A stretch of DNA of 64,000 nt from Pavona decussata (lineage: Eukaryota). A program made the translations under genes and the position numbers. Under the pieces are notes generated by a model that was given only the letters and a program-made list of their open reading frames with translations, did no database searches and was not told the origin of the DNA. Of the stretch, positions 1 to 12,970 are shown piece by piece (the stretch's first letter is position 1; the number at the start of each line of letters is the position of its first letter). The DNA is taken from positions 3,162,001 through 3,226,000 of the forward strand of contig CDRNST010000067.1 in the NCBI GenBank assembly GCA_977016875.1, read 5' to 3'.

Positions 1-950
1 TTCTGTCGTGGGGTGGAAAGCCAATGGAATCTAGCCAAATGACGAAACCGTTAGGGTCGATTTTCCAGAAAGCGGGTGGGAACAGCCCCGTGCATCACAC
101 GCTTTATCACAAAAGTGCGGTCTCGCGTTGTCACGATGAGCACAAAGAGATCAGCGGCAACCTTGCCGACTTAATGGCACACCGCGAGGTTACCGTGCAA
201 AAGTACTACCGGGTTCTTGAGAAGAGCAAAAGTTCAGTGAAAGCGTCTCAAAAACTGCATGGAATCATGAGAAACCCAGATCAAAGCACAAGTAAACAAC
301 AAGCACAAACAAACTCTCAAGAAGTCACTGAGGGAAACACAGCAGTTCAAGATGAGTCCCTGATGGCAGAACGGGAACGGTGGAGAGAAGAGTCCATAAA
401 CGCTATCCGGACGCTGTTCGCTGAAGAAATTTCTGCGCAAAACATCACGATTTCTTGCGTAAGGCAAAAAATACAGGACGACCCAATACTGTCCAAGGAA
501 GAGCCCAAACGAGTGTATGACAGAGTACGGGCGGAATGGCGATTCAGAGCCACACCTGATAGCTGCGACAAAGAAACAGCGAATCTGCCAGAGGAGAATG
601 AATCCATCGACAACTGCGTCAGCAGGATGTTTCAAGAAAAAGAAGATGATCAGCAAAGTAGTCATTCGTCAAACGTTGTGTCCCCTACTGACACAACGGG
701 CAAGTCTCAAGGTGTGTTTGCCGCCGAGCAGGTTCAAGCTCTCCTACGTCTCTTTCAAGATATGATTAACGGCTCTCCTATTTCAAAACCGACCATAAAT
801 GCTACCTTAGTGAAAGATGGTCTTGGCAAGTCCCTGTTAGAGAAATTCACCTTGGCACAGATTGTAAATAGGTTGAAGTATGAAAGGAAACAAAAACGAG
901 AGAAGCAGAAAACCGCATTGACAATTAAGATTAACAAACTATCCAAGTAA
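1..950 (+). CDS. C-terminal part of a tyrosine recombinase (Crypton-like), same broad family as 20149-23298; 5' part lies outside the window
   Basis: HHTLYHKSAVS (degenerate HxxR box) and LADLMAHREVTVQKYY (catalytic H and Y). The downstream segments ...IRTLFAEEI...KRVYDRVR and the terminal helical domain parallel ...IDLLFSQII...KVYKRVK of the 22.5-23.3 kb protein. Confidence 0.7.
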   Translation, partial: LSWGGKPMESSQMTKPLGSIFQKAGGNSPVHHTLYHKSAVSRCHDEHKEISGNLADLMAHREVTVQKYYRVLEKSKSSVKASQKLHGIMRNPDQSTSKQQAQTNSQEVTEGNTAVQDESLMAERERWREESINAIRTLFAEEISAQNITISCVRQKIQDDPILSKEEPKRVYDRVRAEWRFRATPDSCDKETANLPEENESIDNCVSRMFQEKEDDQQSSHSSNVVSPTDTTGKSQGVFAAEQVQALLRLFQDMINGSPISKPTINATLVKDGLGKSLLEKFTLAQIVNRLKYERKQKREKQKTALTIKINKLSK

Positions 951-1078
951 ATTATATTCTGAGAGTTTTCTGAGACTTCAGTAACATTCAATTTCAGTGC
1001 TGAACGCTTAGTCTGTATACTGTGAAAAAAAAAGGAATTTTGGCCCGCTAGTTATTCGGTTTGTGTGGTATATACTAA

Positions 1079-1186
1079 AACAATTATTCCCCTCAGTGTC
1101 GGTGAAAGTGGTGGATATTTACCTCGCCGCTTCGCGGCTCGGTAAATATCGGCCACTATTCACCTCCACTTTGGTGAATAATTGTT
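1079..1186. repeat. About 108-bp imperfect palindrome, probably a transposon terminus
   Basis: Nested inverted arms AACAATTATTC/GAATAATTGTT and GATATTTACC/GGTAAATATC, with a central GCCGC-TTC-GCGGC hairpin; about 130 bp after the recombinase stop. Confidence 0.65.
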
Positions 1187-1233
1187 AATTATTAATATTA
1201 GTATTACGTTATTTTTTTCTTTCAGTGACAAAT

Positions 1234-1321
1234 GTTACCAATGTGCCATATGTGAGTTACCAATGTGCCACCGCAAGTTACCAATGTGCCACGGCAAGGC
1301 TACAAAAGTGTCGTTTCATCT

Positions 1322-1362
<41 letters not shown>
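1234..1362. repeat. Three copies of GTTACCAATGTGCCA followed by a (CT)n microsatellite
   Basis: Directly visible. Confidence 0.85.
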
Positions 1363-1363
<1 letters not shown>

Positions 1364-2019
1364 GTAAAGCAGTAAATTTTCTTTTACTGATGTAAATTCC
1401 GTGGTTAAATAAAGGTCATTCATTCATTCATTCTCTCTCTATTAAGGAAGGTCGTTGGAAATTCTAATGGGGGATGAGGACCTTAAAAGCTTAAGACTCT
1501 GACACAAAACTGGGAATTCTAGGGTGGATGGGTCAAGCCAAAAAACCTTCCATGGGGGTATAGATATTTCCTAACCCTCATGTAAACACTGACGCTACAA
1601 GCAAATCCTCAAGTACTTCAAGTAACTGTCACTTGAGAATTGGAGCAGGAGCAGACCCACCTCTCCTATCCAGGCTTTTCTCTGATGTCTTCCCAACCCC
1701 AGTGGTACCACAGTTGACACATGTCACGACAAATACTGTTTTGTGATTCTTCATCACAGTCAATCTCATTACGCTCTAGGCATAGATTGTCACATTTAGG
1801 ACAAAATGAAATCTCTGTAAAACTGGGAAGTGCCTTCACAACAAATCCCTTCAAAAAGAACACTAAGCTCTCTTGAAATTTTTGCCAGAACACTGGGTCA
1901 AACAAAATTTCTAGAATTAGTGGATCTCCCACAGTGGTCTATACTACAAACTATCCCTTTGAACACTGAGCAAGTATGGCATTCCATTTCCGACAAAATT
2001 CAAGCTCCGATGAATAGTA

Positions 2020-2100
2020 GAGGGAAACGAGGGAGACCTTCGTATAAAATCGACAAGGAACAGCTTCATTTTTTTCCTTGAGCAAGGGTTTAAAGTATGT
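2020..2100 (+). pseudogene. N-terminal HTH fragment of an IS3EU-like integrase
   Basis: RGRPSYKIDKEQLHFF.EQGFKV resembles the GRP-x-I-xx-EQL-x-FL-xxx-F motif of these elements; frameshifted and truncated. Confidence 0.4.
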
Positions 2101-2462
2101 GACACAATGCAGCTATCAATGTTATGCCCGAGAGGGGGACCACAGGATGAGGTGGGGACTTTAATCGTCTGTGCGCGCCCCATGTGGGGAATTTTAGCAA
2201 ACTTTGAACATAAATGATAGCCCCGGGATCGGGAAGTTTGAGCAATGCTAAAAACTGTTAGCCTGATGCTCGCGAAGTTTGAACGATGCTAAGAACTGCT
2301 GGTCCCCTGCCAGAGAAGTTTGAATGATGTCGACCAGGATTTTGAATGTGGGGGGCTTGGATACGAGTGTTCCGCCATCTTGAAAGTAACACGTGCCTTT
2401 CAGTTGCAATAAAATGGAGGAACGAAAGGTAAGATAACTAATCTTCTAAAATTTCTTCCTTT

Positions 2463-3261
2463 AGGCCCGGTTCATACGTTGAACTTTACATGAGCCGAAC
2501 CTAATCATTTGGTTCGGCGCATGTAAAGATCGACGTATGAATCAGTTAGGATGCATGAAAAGAATCTATTCTTGATGTGCACACGCAATTCAAACCGACA
2601 GAAACTTTCCAATACAGGCTATATCAAAGGCGAAGCCTGAAGACTTCTGAGAACAAAATCTTCAAACACAACATTTGAAGAAAACATTACTCTATTCAAA
2701 CAGAGATTATGCTACAGATGTTACCTCGATAACCTTAAAGAAAAAACTCTTTCACAAGCCAACTTCCTCGAAAGAATGTCGGCACTACAAAACAAGCAAA
2801 AAACGCGCAAAAATATTTTGCCATTTGCTACGGAATATCGCCCTTCTGTGACTAACCTAAAACAATTCAGATGAGTAAATGTCACTTGATAGAAAATCAG
2901 CCTCTGCTAAGAGAGATCTACAAAGACCCTTCCGTACTTTCGTACAGAAAAGGGAGATCTTCGAAAGACATACTCGTAAGAACAAATTAGCTTTGAAGGT
3001 CATATTCTTCCCATCTCGACCAATAGGAGCTGTGTTTGGCCTGTCTTCATTATTTTATCAAACAAGCTCTTCAATGTCAGAATTCATCTTTCTCGCCATT
3101 TTGAATCTTGCTGAGTAAAAACAACAGCCGCTGACCACGAAAATCTACTTTCTCACTTGAGCTTTAATTAAGTTGGACTTAAGTTAGGTTCGACGTCTGA
3201 ATCAACTACCGAACTTAATTATTTGGGTCGACCTTAATAGGCATTAGGTTCGGCTCATGAA
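2463..3261. mobile_element. MITE-like inverted-repeat element interrupted by a Penelope-like fragment
   Basis: CATGAGCCGAACCTAAT near 2490 is inverted relative to ATTAGGTTCGGCTCATG near 3245; internal GTTCGACGT-type subrepeats. Confidence 0.5.
2610..2995 (+). pseudogene. Penelope-like retroelement RT C-terminal fragment
   Basis: GYIKGEA*RLLRT..SNTTFEENI..FKQRL, ILPFATEYRPSVTNLK and KGRSSKDILVR-like translation, with stops and frameshifts. Confidence 0.7.
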
Positions 3262-5196
3262 TTTGAGCGAAAAATATATTTATATATGTATGTGTATATG
3301 TTTATATCTTTGAAGATGTCCGCACTGTTGCCTGACAACAGTGAAAAACAAAATTTGAATGACGCCAGACTATCTGGCGTCGTCTGGAGCAAAATTTGCA
3401 TACATCGGAAAAAATATGCGTGCATGATCAAATTTCAACTGCAATTTTCATCAATATTCATTGGATACAGAACTATCTCTCCAGAATCTTTTCCCTTTCT
3501 TTTAGAAATCTTTTTTGTGCAAGATTGCATTGAAGAAATTACACGTTTTGTGGCCGCGGTAAAATAGTTTTCCGTGGGAAATAAATTCATCGAACACGAC
3601 AGCGCTGCACGCCCGTTGTACATTACGTTGCGTCAGAAATAGATTTTCAACCGCAAACTAGCCTGTGGAACTACGAAAAGACCATGCTCTTCAAAAAAAA
3701 AATCCTATGCCCCTTTTAATCTCCTCATTTGATGCTACAGTACGAGTAAAGAGGGCTTTCCACCCAGCCCCAGCTTCGCGAGGTTTTGCGAGTCACATAT
3801 TTCTAGTAAACAAATACTTTGTTTCCTTTCGTTTCCACCGAATTTTGTTCATGTAATTGGATATTCATGCTGTTCTTTTGTCTTTTTGTGATGCTTGGTT
3901 AATGAAGCATAGCAGTTAAAACTCTTTGCTTTCAACAACAGGTCCTTCTGGAGTTTGAACAGAGCAAAAAGGTGGTTGTGATTCATGGTGATTACCGTTC
4001 ACTTTAGAGTATTCTGAAACAGGCTTTTGAAATTGACGGTGAAATAATAATCCAAAATTATGAGGCTGATTGGAATGATTTGGGGAATTTGGATGATTTT
4101 GTGGATGTCAAGGACAGAGCCAAACTCAGGGTTTTAAAAAAAGTAAGTTCTTTGTTATTAGCTGTAAAAGGCTTTTTAGCCAAATAAGTGCTTACACTTG
4201 CAAACGTAAACTGTGATATTTCAGTCAGTTCTATTGCATTATAACATTCTAATTTTTTATATTAGTATGTCAAAAGTTACGTGCCCCTTTTCTTTAATTT
4301 AATAACAATCGCCTCAATCAAGTCATGCCTATAATACGCATGGTTATACTTCAACCAACAAAGGTAAGTAACTGAAGAGTAAATTGTATAGCTGCAGAAC
4401 TGTACCTTTTCTGCAATAAATTATATATATGGTCAATTTATCTTCTCTTTCTTCTGAAAAAGTTTGTAAGTGTTGTAATCATAGTTATCTGATTGTCTTC
4501 AACACAAAGTTACGAACAGTAACATAAAATTGTGCTGTATACAAAAGCAATGTTTTACTTGTGACATGTTCAATGCTGCCGTGAAACCTGTGCATGTTGC
4601 ATGCCAGTGTGTAAAATCAATTAACACACTTCCAAAACAATTCAGTTGAACACCAGTCACTGACCTGGCAGTGGAAAAGACCTAAAATCAAAACTAGGGC
4701 ATACAGGCAACATAATCTCAAAAGTACAGTCTACCCTCAAAATACAAGAGCGTTAGCTCCGGATTGGTCCTAAAGCCAAGGTTGGTTGATTCATATCTGT
4801 GAAATGGAACAGGTCAGAGAGGAACCCAGTTTACTAATGGATTTTCTTTACAGTGATGTCTTAAGTTATAGTATATGGCTACCCACAGTTAATAACGTAG
4901 ATATTTACATTTGTAAATGAAATTTTACTGCCTTTAATCACTTGGGTAAAAACATTAAAAATAGAGAGGGAACCTTTAAGATGCCATGAGTGTGGCAAGA
5001 GAGAATGGTACTGTGGCCGTCGCGTTTGGGGCTTCACATGCAAGATACAAAGTTTATGCTTACATATAATTTCTTGAAGACTTAAGGGGCTGACTCTCTC
5101 TTAGCAATCATTTTAGCAAAATGTGGACTGTTCAGGTCAAACACATCACTCCTCTTCCCTTCGATCTTTCCATGACCATATAAGCGATTGCATTAA

Positions 5197-8100
5197 GGTG
5201 ATTCCTCAGTATTGCACTGCGCATCCTGTACTGCACATAACACACAAAAGTGGCGTAATCTCGCGTGCGTAATCAGCACTGGCAACCTGGCGACTTTTAT
5301 TAGTGCGGGAAATCTTGCCAGGCATAAAAGAGGTTGCTTTCAAAAAATGTCGGATAGTGTTAGAACGAAAAGTTTATGCCTAACGAGAAAACGATTAACT
5401 GAGGGTGGTAAAGGTCCAAGAGAATCCGCCGTTTGTGAATTCCCGGTATTAAAATCGGGAGACGCATTGTCAAGCTGAGTTTGCTTGCAAATCAGCTTGA
5501 CAGTGGATGCAGTGTGTGTGGAAGGCCTCTTCGTTTATCGAACTGTACTCAAGAGACAGTCTCAGGTCTGGGAAGTTTTCTTTATATAACGTGCTACGAG
5601 GAAGGATGCGGAGAGGTAAACGTCTGCCACACGAGCAAAGCTCACTGCGCGCAAGCAAGAGGAAGATCAGTGTTTGACATCAACACGAAACTTGCTGCTG
5701 GTAAGTACAAACAATTTTCATAAGAACAAACAAATCCAGTTTGTTTTAAATTCGTAAATATATATTTTGGTGATCTTTAAAAATGCTAGCGATAGGAATG
5801 CTGCATGCAGGAATTGGCCCCTCTCATGTAAACTCTCTTCTGACATCAGTCAACCTCCATGGTGTTTCCAAGAACACGCTGAAAGCCAGAGAACGCTAAA
5901 TCGGACCGGTGTTTGAAAAAGTGGCGAAAGATTCATGTGGACAGGCGATGGAAAGGGAAAAGAGCCAGTGGCTGGGCGAAAGTTTGAATAGTGGGAAAAC
6001 GGCGAGCAATAAACAGCAGGAAAGTGTGCATGTGGGTATCGGCGCATCGTACGACACGGGTTGGCAAAAGTGAGGGAAAGGTCACAACAGTCTTACTGGT
6101 AAGCCATGTAGTTTTACAAAAAGCAGTCACAGCGATTGGGCAAAGAAAACAATGTTAAAGCGATATCCAGGTATATATGTTTTACAAGCTGCGAGCAGAA
6201 CAGTATAAAGTGATTGATATTTCTCGTGATCAAAGTCGCTTGCTGAGTTTAGAGCTGCTCTCAAGCGCGACCGGCTATAGAAAACAAAGAAAATTGTTCA
6301 AATTTAAAGTGATCAACATTTCCTGAATGAAATATCTTTGTTTCAAACGAAATTATCGAACTTTCCGTTCATCTTGGAACAAATAAAAAACAAAGCGCAA
6401 AAATAAAGAGAAATAAAAATATGCAGACCACCGAGGGATCACCAACATCAAATCATTTTTTTCCTCGAAGAAAACGAGTCACCGCTGTTGTTTATGCCAT
6501 AAATTTCATTCAAATTATTTAGCTGCATTTCTAAACCTACGTTTGAGTACAAATGTTTTATTGAGTGAGTAAATTGAGTGCTTTTTGATTATATTATATC
6601 ACATATAAAACATGTCCTTGTGTTTATGTTTTGTCTTCCAGGAGCTGGTACTATGATTGGTTTGAAGTCAGGAAAGGTTCTTGCCTATGGAACAAGAAAC
6701 AAACGGTGTGCGATTTGCAAGGCTGCTGAGAGGAAAGGTCAGAGAAAAGCGAGGATCCATGACTGTAGAATGAACTAGGCTGGGTCATCTAAGGCTATGG
6801 AGCCAGATATAGGTAATTACAAATTTTATTAAATCAAAAGCAGTTTTATTGAAAATAAACAGGGCAGGGCAGCTGTAATTTAAAAATTGACAATAGTATT
6901 TAATCTAAACAATGTATTTCATTAGTATTTTGTACATGGGTTATTTATGATGGAGACAGTAGGGTGAGAGGCGGCAGGCAAGAGGCGGCAGGCAAGAGGC
7001 AGCAGCCATCCTAATTATAATTTTGTTAACAGACTTGATTTGAAAAATCTATATCTAATCGCTGTTTCTTACCAGTTCCCAATCCCCTCTGCATTCAAGT
7101 GTGATGACGTAGCCTCAAGGTATGTGACAAGTTTTATGTTATTTATATTTTGTAATAAGGTCAAGGGTCAGAAACATGAAACCGAAACTGTGCAGGAGCA
7201 AAGGCTGGCAAGTTTTATGGTTAAAACCATTGTCTGAGAGAAAGGGTGCATGACAGAGGATGATAGTAAAAACTTACCAAATTCACTTTACAAGGGTCAA
7301 AGAGTTGCCACAAGGCAGCAATTCACTTCCAATATGGAACCGCTAGTTTCTTAGCCCATTAAAGCACAGGACAGAGAGGTTTTCATTTCAGCGTCAAAAG
7401 CAATTGGCTTTCCTTTACAATTACACCCTGTGATTGGTTAAAAAAAATTCACTCTTCTTTTTTCAATCAATTAGAAGTAAAACCAAAATCAAAATGTGAT
7501 TTACTCACTGCCATTTTCCCACACTACGTGTCATGTGTTTGATTTGAGTTTAGGTTTTTTGAGTAGTTGAATGGTGCATACTCACAAAATAAAATTTATT
7601 GACTTAGGCCCTGATTACATGAAACTGGTATGAATGCTGTTTCTTTTTACCCAAAGCCAGTCTGAAAAAATCACCTCACACTGGTTTCACTCTGACAAGT
7701 CTGAAATCAGACCAACGGAACCATGTAAACATGAATGGAATGTGTCACTGTCAGACCGGTCTGAGATGATTTTTTAGACCAGTTTCATGTAAACAGAAGG
7801 AAGCATCAATATTGTGGAGACCAGTTGGGTCAGTTGGGCGATGGGAAACGAAACATTTTATGGGGATGGTTACCAGTACATTTATTATTTAAACCTTGAT
7901 GCAGATGTCACAGGTGTTGCTTGTTGGCTCCATCTCCAAACTCTTGCACAGATTCAAATTTACCATTTTTAAAATTTGTTACAAATCTCTTACCATAGGT
8001 GCTGAGTTAGCTCAAGAGTGTGCGACAAAATATAATGCCGAGGTGCAGATATTAGTTGGGGATGATGACTCTGCCACAATAAAAAAAAGTCAGAGAAAGT

Positions 8101-8411
8101 GTGTCACACAACGTAGAAAAGTGGTCAGACATCAACCATACAAAGAAGTCTTTTACAACCCATTTGTATGCTATACAACAGAAATTCAAGGGCCAACTTA
8201 GCACAAAGGTGATTGAATATTTTGTGAAATGCTTAGGCTATGCTCTGGCACAAAATCGTAACAATGCAGAAGGCCTGAAGACAAGTTTCCAAGCAATTGT
8301 CCCACATGCATTTGGGCAGCACAGTGAACATTGTTCTATAACTTGGTGTGGTTTCCTGAAAAATCCGTCTTCTTATTGCCATGGTTCTCTCCCACATGGT
8401 AAAGACCTTAA
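5197..8411 (+). pseudogene. Spliced Kolobok/Mutator-like DDE transposase, 3'-truncated (exons about 5450-5700, 5796-6098, 6642-6812, 7999-8411)
   Basis: Motifs FDINTKLAA-GMLHAGIG, SYDTGWQK*GKGHNSLT-GAG, HDCRMN*AGSSKAMEPD, LVGDDDS, SDINHTKK, VPHAFGQH...WC. GT-AG junctions at 5701, 6099 and 6813; internal stops; candidate left end TTAA|GG at 5193-5198. Confidence 0.75.
7607..7795. mobile_element. Small MITE-like element within a transposase intron
   Basis: GGCCCTGATTACATGAAACTGG versus CCAGTTTCATGTAAACAG inverted arms. Confidence 0.45.
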
Positions 8412-8567
8412 AGTTTCCTTTTATAACATAATTTCTTTAAATACATTTGTAGGGACTTCTTAAAAATATTTATGTCAATGAAGAAGGCACATGTGTTAGT
8501 TTTTTGCGAGAGAGAGCAACAGAAGCTTTAAAGGCATCAGCGAAGAAAACACAAAGCTGAACCAGAA

Positions 8568-10650
8568 GTGGCAGCAGCCTTGGCCTTAGAAGAAGGATCA
8601 GAACAACAAATCCTTGCTTTCGAGCGTCTCATGCTAAAGGGTGATTACCATCACAACTGCAACGTGCTAGCTCTTGGGGAGGGTGAAATAGTAGTGAGAA
8701 ACCCAAGTGTGTCGCAACAAGATCCAAAGAGCTTTCTACTGTGCCCTCATTGCCTTGGGTTCTTCAAAGGCAATGAGCTCTGGAGGCATGTAAAGAAATG
8801 CCCCCACAAGTCCAAAGATGGGTCGCAAAAGTTTGCCAAGGTTCATCAAGATGCCAAGCTACTTCTTCCAACATCGTCACTTTCGACCAATGACGTTGAT
8901 CAAGGGCTACATCGTGCAGTGCTAACTAACATGAAGAACGACGAGATCTCTCACATTGCAAGAAAGGATCATCCCATTTTCAAGTTCGGGGAAGCAAATT
9001 TTGAAAAGATCAGCCAAAAAAATGCGAACTATGTTTTGCAAACAATGCGCCAGCTGGCCTGACTTTTGAAGATGCTACGAGGTAAAAGTCAGAATGAGGA
9101 CAGCCATTTGCAAGACTACATCGACACCTCCAGATTCAACGAGCCGGTCCTTGCAGTTAAAGATCTCTGTGCATTCAATGCAGAATCCTGTTTAGACATC
9201 AGGATTCTGTCATTGGCACTAAAGCTTGGGCACAGCCTAAGGCGGTGTGCCCAAGTTCTAAGAAGCTGAGCACTCAGCAGCAAAGACGAGGCCTTGATCA
9301 AGCAGTCTAAACGTTTTCTTGACCTTTTTGAAGCTGAGTGGGCCAATAAGATCAGTTCTAGGTCCCTAGCTTCACTTTGGTAAAAAAAAACAGAACAAAC
9401 TGGAGTACCTTCCCCTGGCCGAAGATCTCACTGCGCTGAAACAACACCTTAAGAGGAAGATGGCCATCTTCAAAATCTTTGAAAGATCCCCGGCCATCAC
9501 CATCCTGCTGTGTGGAGCTTTGGAAAAACTTAGCCAAAGCCATATTAGCGAGGATAATTATTTTCGACAAAAGAGAGACGGCCACCTTACAAATCGAGCA
9601 ATTTGAACCTTGCCCAGACTGGGCCCACTGCAGTTCCACCTTAAAGGAGTCATTGACTGAATTGGAACGGCGTCTATGTGAGAGGTAATTAATTCTTTGA
9701 AGTTCGCGAAAATTTTTGCAGTCATGATTATTAAACTACTCAAATGGAGAACGGTACTGTAGAGAGAACGTACTCTTGAACAGCACAAGAAATTCGATAT
9801 TCCAAGCTAGTAACCCCATGCACCTCCAGGAAGAAACCATTTTTATACTTGATCTCACAACTTTTTTTAGGTTGTCTATCCGAATGGAAAGGGTTCATGC
9901 CTGTTATCAGACCGAAATGGCTAAAAAACCTAACCCCTTACTAAAAGGAAAGGCTAAAGGCTATGCATTGAAGTTCTCAATTCACTGTGCATAGCAGGCT
10001 AGTGACAATATTCCTTGGAATCCTCCAAGTTCACATCTGCTGCAATTACAAGTTGAGGTTTGGATTCCGGCGGAGGTCAATTTTTTTTGTGTGGTCTCCC
10101 ACTGAAGCTTACACTTTGTAAGATTTTCATGGGTTAAGTTTCTTGCTTACTGTGTATAAAATCCTCAGGCTAGATCTGATTGAAGTTTGTGGCAAATGAA
10201 ACAAGAAAGTTCCAATCATTCTGACACCAGAAACAAAGGCAGCAGTGCAGCTTTTGATTGATAGAAGACCGGTGAATATTCCCCGGCAAAACAAGTATGT
10301 ATTCACCCGAGCAAGCCAGGGGTCTTTGGGTCATCTCCGGGGATGGGACTGTGAGTCAGCCACCGTAAAGGAGATCGAACTCATTAAGAAGAGACCAAAA
10401 GACATAACTAGCACAAAGCTAAGAAAGTACATAGCGAAAGTTTCACAGGCAACCGCCCCTTATGGAAGTGGACATGGACTGGTTGGCACGACACCTTCGG
10501 CATGACATCAGAGTCCATAGGGAGTTTTACTGACTCCACCAGTCTACCGCTGAATTAGCAAAAAAGAGAAAGCTGTTAATAGTGGTAGACTCTGGAAACG
10601 TAAAAGAAGTCCTTGGAAAAAATCTCACAGAGATGACTGTTGAAAGTACT
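8568..10650 (+). pseudogene. Tyrosine recombinase of a second Crypton-like clade (intron about 9685-10165)
   Basis: CPHCLGFF..ELWRHVKKC zinc finger, SLALKLGHSL, ARIIIFDKR, KKVPIILTP, YVF, ITSTKLRKYIA and DWLARHLRHDIRVHREFY; several stops and frameshifts. Confidence 0.75.
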
Positions 10651-11009
10651 TGAAATGAAAATCATGATCATTTTGAAACAATTTAAACCAACTCAGCAAG
10701 TGTAGGGGTGATGTTTCAAGTTATTCCTGTGCGCCCATGTGGTCAATGACACCATCATATGCTATGCTGAAGTCGATTTTGTTTCAACCGACGACAAACA
10801 ACTGGTCCGCAGTAAAATTGTTAAGAGAGTGACCACACCCCTTGTGGCTGACGGCTTCAAGTGCGACTTTAGGAAAATCAAAAATCTCTGTGGACAAGGC
10901 AAATTATATGTCTGCTTTGTTAATAAATATCCAGATGAGGATGCAGGAGATGAATGTGGAAGAGAGAGTGGTAGCATGTTGGCAGGGAGTGGAAGCACGT
11001 GGGAAGAGG

Positions 11010-11232
11010 TGGGAAGCATGTCAGCGCTGTCGGCAGAGAGGGGAAGCACGTCAGCGCTGTCAGCAGAGATAGGAAGCATGTCACTGCTGTCGGCAGAGAG
11101 GGGAAGCATGTCGGTGCTGTCAGCAGAGAGACGAAGCATGTCGGCGCTGTCAGCAGAGAGGGGAGGCATGTCGGCGCTGTCAGCAGAGAGAGGAAGCATG
11201 TCGGTGCTCGCCGCAGAGTGGAAAAGCATGCC
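11010..11232. repeat. 30-bp minisatellite, about 7 copies (GGAAGCATGTCGGCGCTGTCAGCAGAGAGG)
   Basis: Directly visible; it accounts for the overlapping repetitive ORFs. Confidence 0.9.
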
Positions 11233-11721
11233 AATCATGGGAGGAGCAAGTGATGATGAGGTATTCACTTGTAATTTGAGCTGTTAGTAATGTGGTAGAA
11301 ATAATTTTATGTTTTCTTGGCTTGCTTCTCTTAACATGAAAAGCTCCCATCTTTGGTACGATCCAGTTATTACTAGGGCAGTTACCCTTTTCATCAAGCA
11401 TGGGAAAAATCTGAATTGCCAATAATTTATCTTCCTAAGTTCCAGCACATAGATTGCCGTTAGATAGAAATACAGGTACATATAATAGCAAAGGGCTATT
11501 AAGTGAAGTGAGTGAAGTGCTGATGTTTAGGGTCAAAAAGTGAGTTAGTTTCTAGTTAGAACTGCTGATTAAATGTCTTCTTTTTATTGGTTTGTCTTTT
11601 GATAGCATGCATATGTAAAAGATTCATGCTTTGAGCTAAGCACATTTCAAATACTATGAACAGAGTTTAGGCATTTTGTGAATTTTTTAGAGCTGAGTTC
11701 TCTTCTTTCTTCTTTATACAG

Positions 11722-12063
11722 CATGTACCTACCATGAGGAACTCCAAAGATTGGCTCGTCTGTGGAACCTGCATCGGATTCGACCCTCAACAAGGAACAA
11801 CAGTTCTCCCCATGGTCGGCCTTGTCTCTTGTACCATCATAATGAAATGACAGGAGCTGAAGATTGCAAGCATGGTGTTGACATTGACGACTTAGATGTT
11901 GCTAGAGACGTGTTGTTACGACCTTCCTATGTATTCATCACCTGAGTTTATTGAACTTGCTGAGCTAATCATGACTGAAGAAGGTCTTAGAATGCCACAA
12001 AATGCCAATGTGGCACAGAATCTTTATTTGACTCTTGTGAATGAGATAGAGAAATTAATGTAG
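11722..12063 (+). pseudogene. C-terminal exon of an IS3EU-like integrase
   Basis: WNLHRIRPSTRNNSSPHGRPCLLY...EFIELAELIM...NLYLTL follows a polypyrimidine/AG acceptor. Confidence 0.55.
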
Positions 12064-12970
12064 CTTCAGAAAAAAAGAAAGCCCTGTGGTCCTCCTAGTC
12101 CCAGGAAAATCTTTGTTTTAACATATGTGTGGGTAGGCGTGTAGAAAGGAGGTGGATATGTAATAATAATTGTAGCGATCTCGCTGGTGTGTACACAAGG
12201 AATAGATTCATTTGTATATGATCAGTTCAATGCTAAACGTAAAAGTTCAACGTTTATAACTTTAAATGATTTTTTAATTTTTAACTTAATATAAGACTAG
12301 ATAACAGAGTATCGCTATAATTGAAAATTGTCATCGGCGTAAAATAAAACAGGGAATAAAGTAAGAGTCACGCTTGTCCTGCCTGGTGTGGTTTCGGGCT
12401 ATCGAATTGCATAGCATGGTTTTGGGTAATTTCCACTGTAAACACAGAAAAAAGTGAAAACCTTAAACCTAGCTGCATTGCGTTCTCTTTTTCACGAATA
12501 CGGCTGGATTCAGCACTAACCTTCTCTAAATCGTTGTCTACTACGTCAGCCATCTTGCTCCACCACACGTGTACGTACTTTGAGAGCGCAATCAAGATAG
12601 TGGCGGACTTCAAGTGAGTGCTAGAGAGAACAGTCACGCCGAAGAAAAAAGAGTTGCGCCGGTAAAAAAAGTCGCGACAAAGGTGAGAAAGTGTCCACCA
12701 AAAGAAAAAAATGGATCGCGCCTAAGTATGGCACTAACAGGGCTTCGTAGAAAGGTGACATCCTTGAGGGAAGTCCAAGCCCAAGCTGAAATGCAAGCAT
12801 AGGACAGGTTCACTTTGTCTGAAGCTTGACGCTGTCCACTTACACTCCAGTGTTTACAAAGTAAGTGTTGCAACTCAGACTGACCATCCAGAATAGGTGA
12901 ATCATGAACAGGCAGAGAAATTACGTTGTGTTGCACTTTGGCGTTTATCATGGTTTGTGCTTTGGTGGAC

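Noticed and set aside
10739-11287. Five overlapping ORFs suggesting a repeat protein
   Set aside because: A stop-free 30-bp minisatellite keeps the frames open; there is no independent coding evidence for the repeat.
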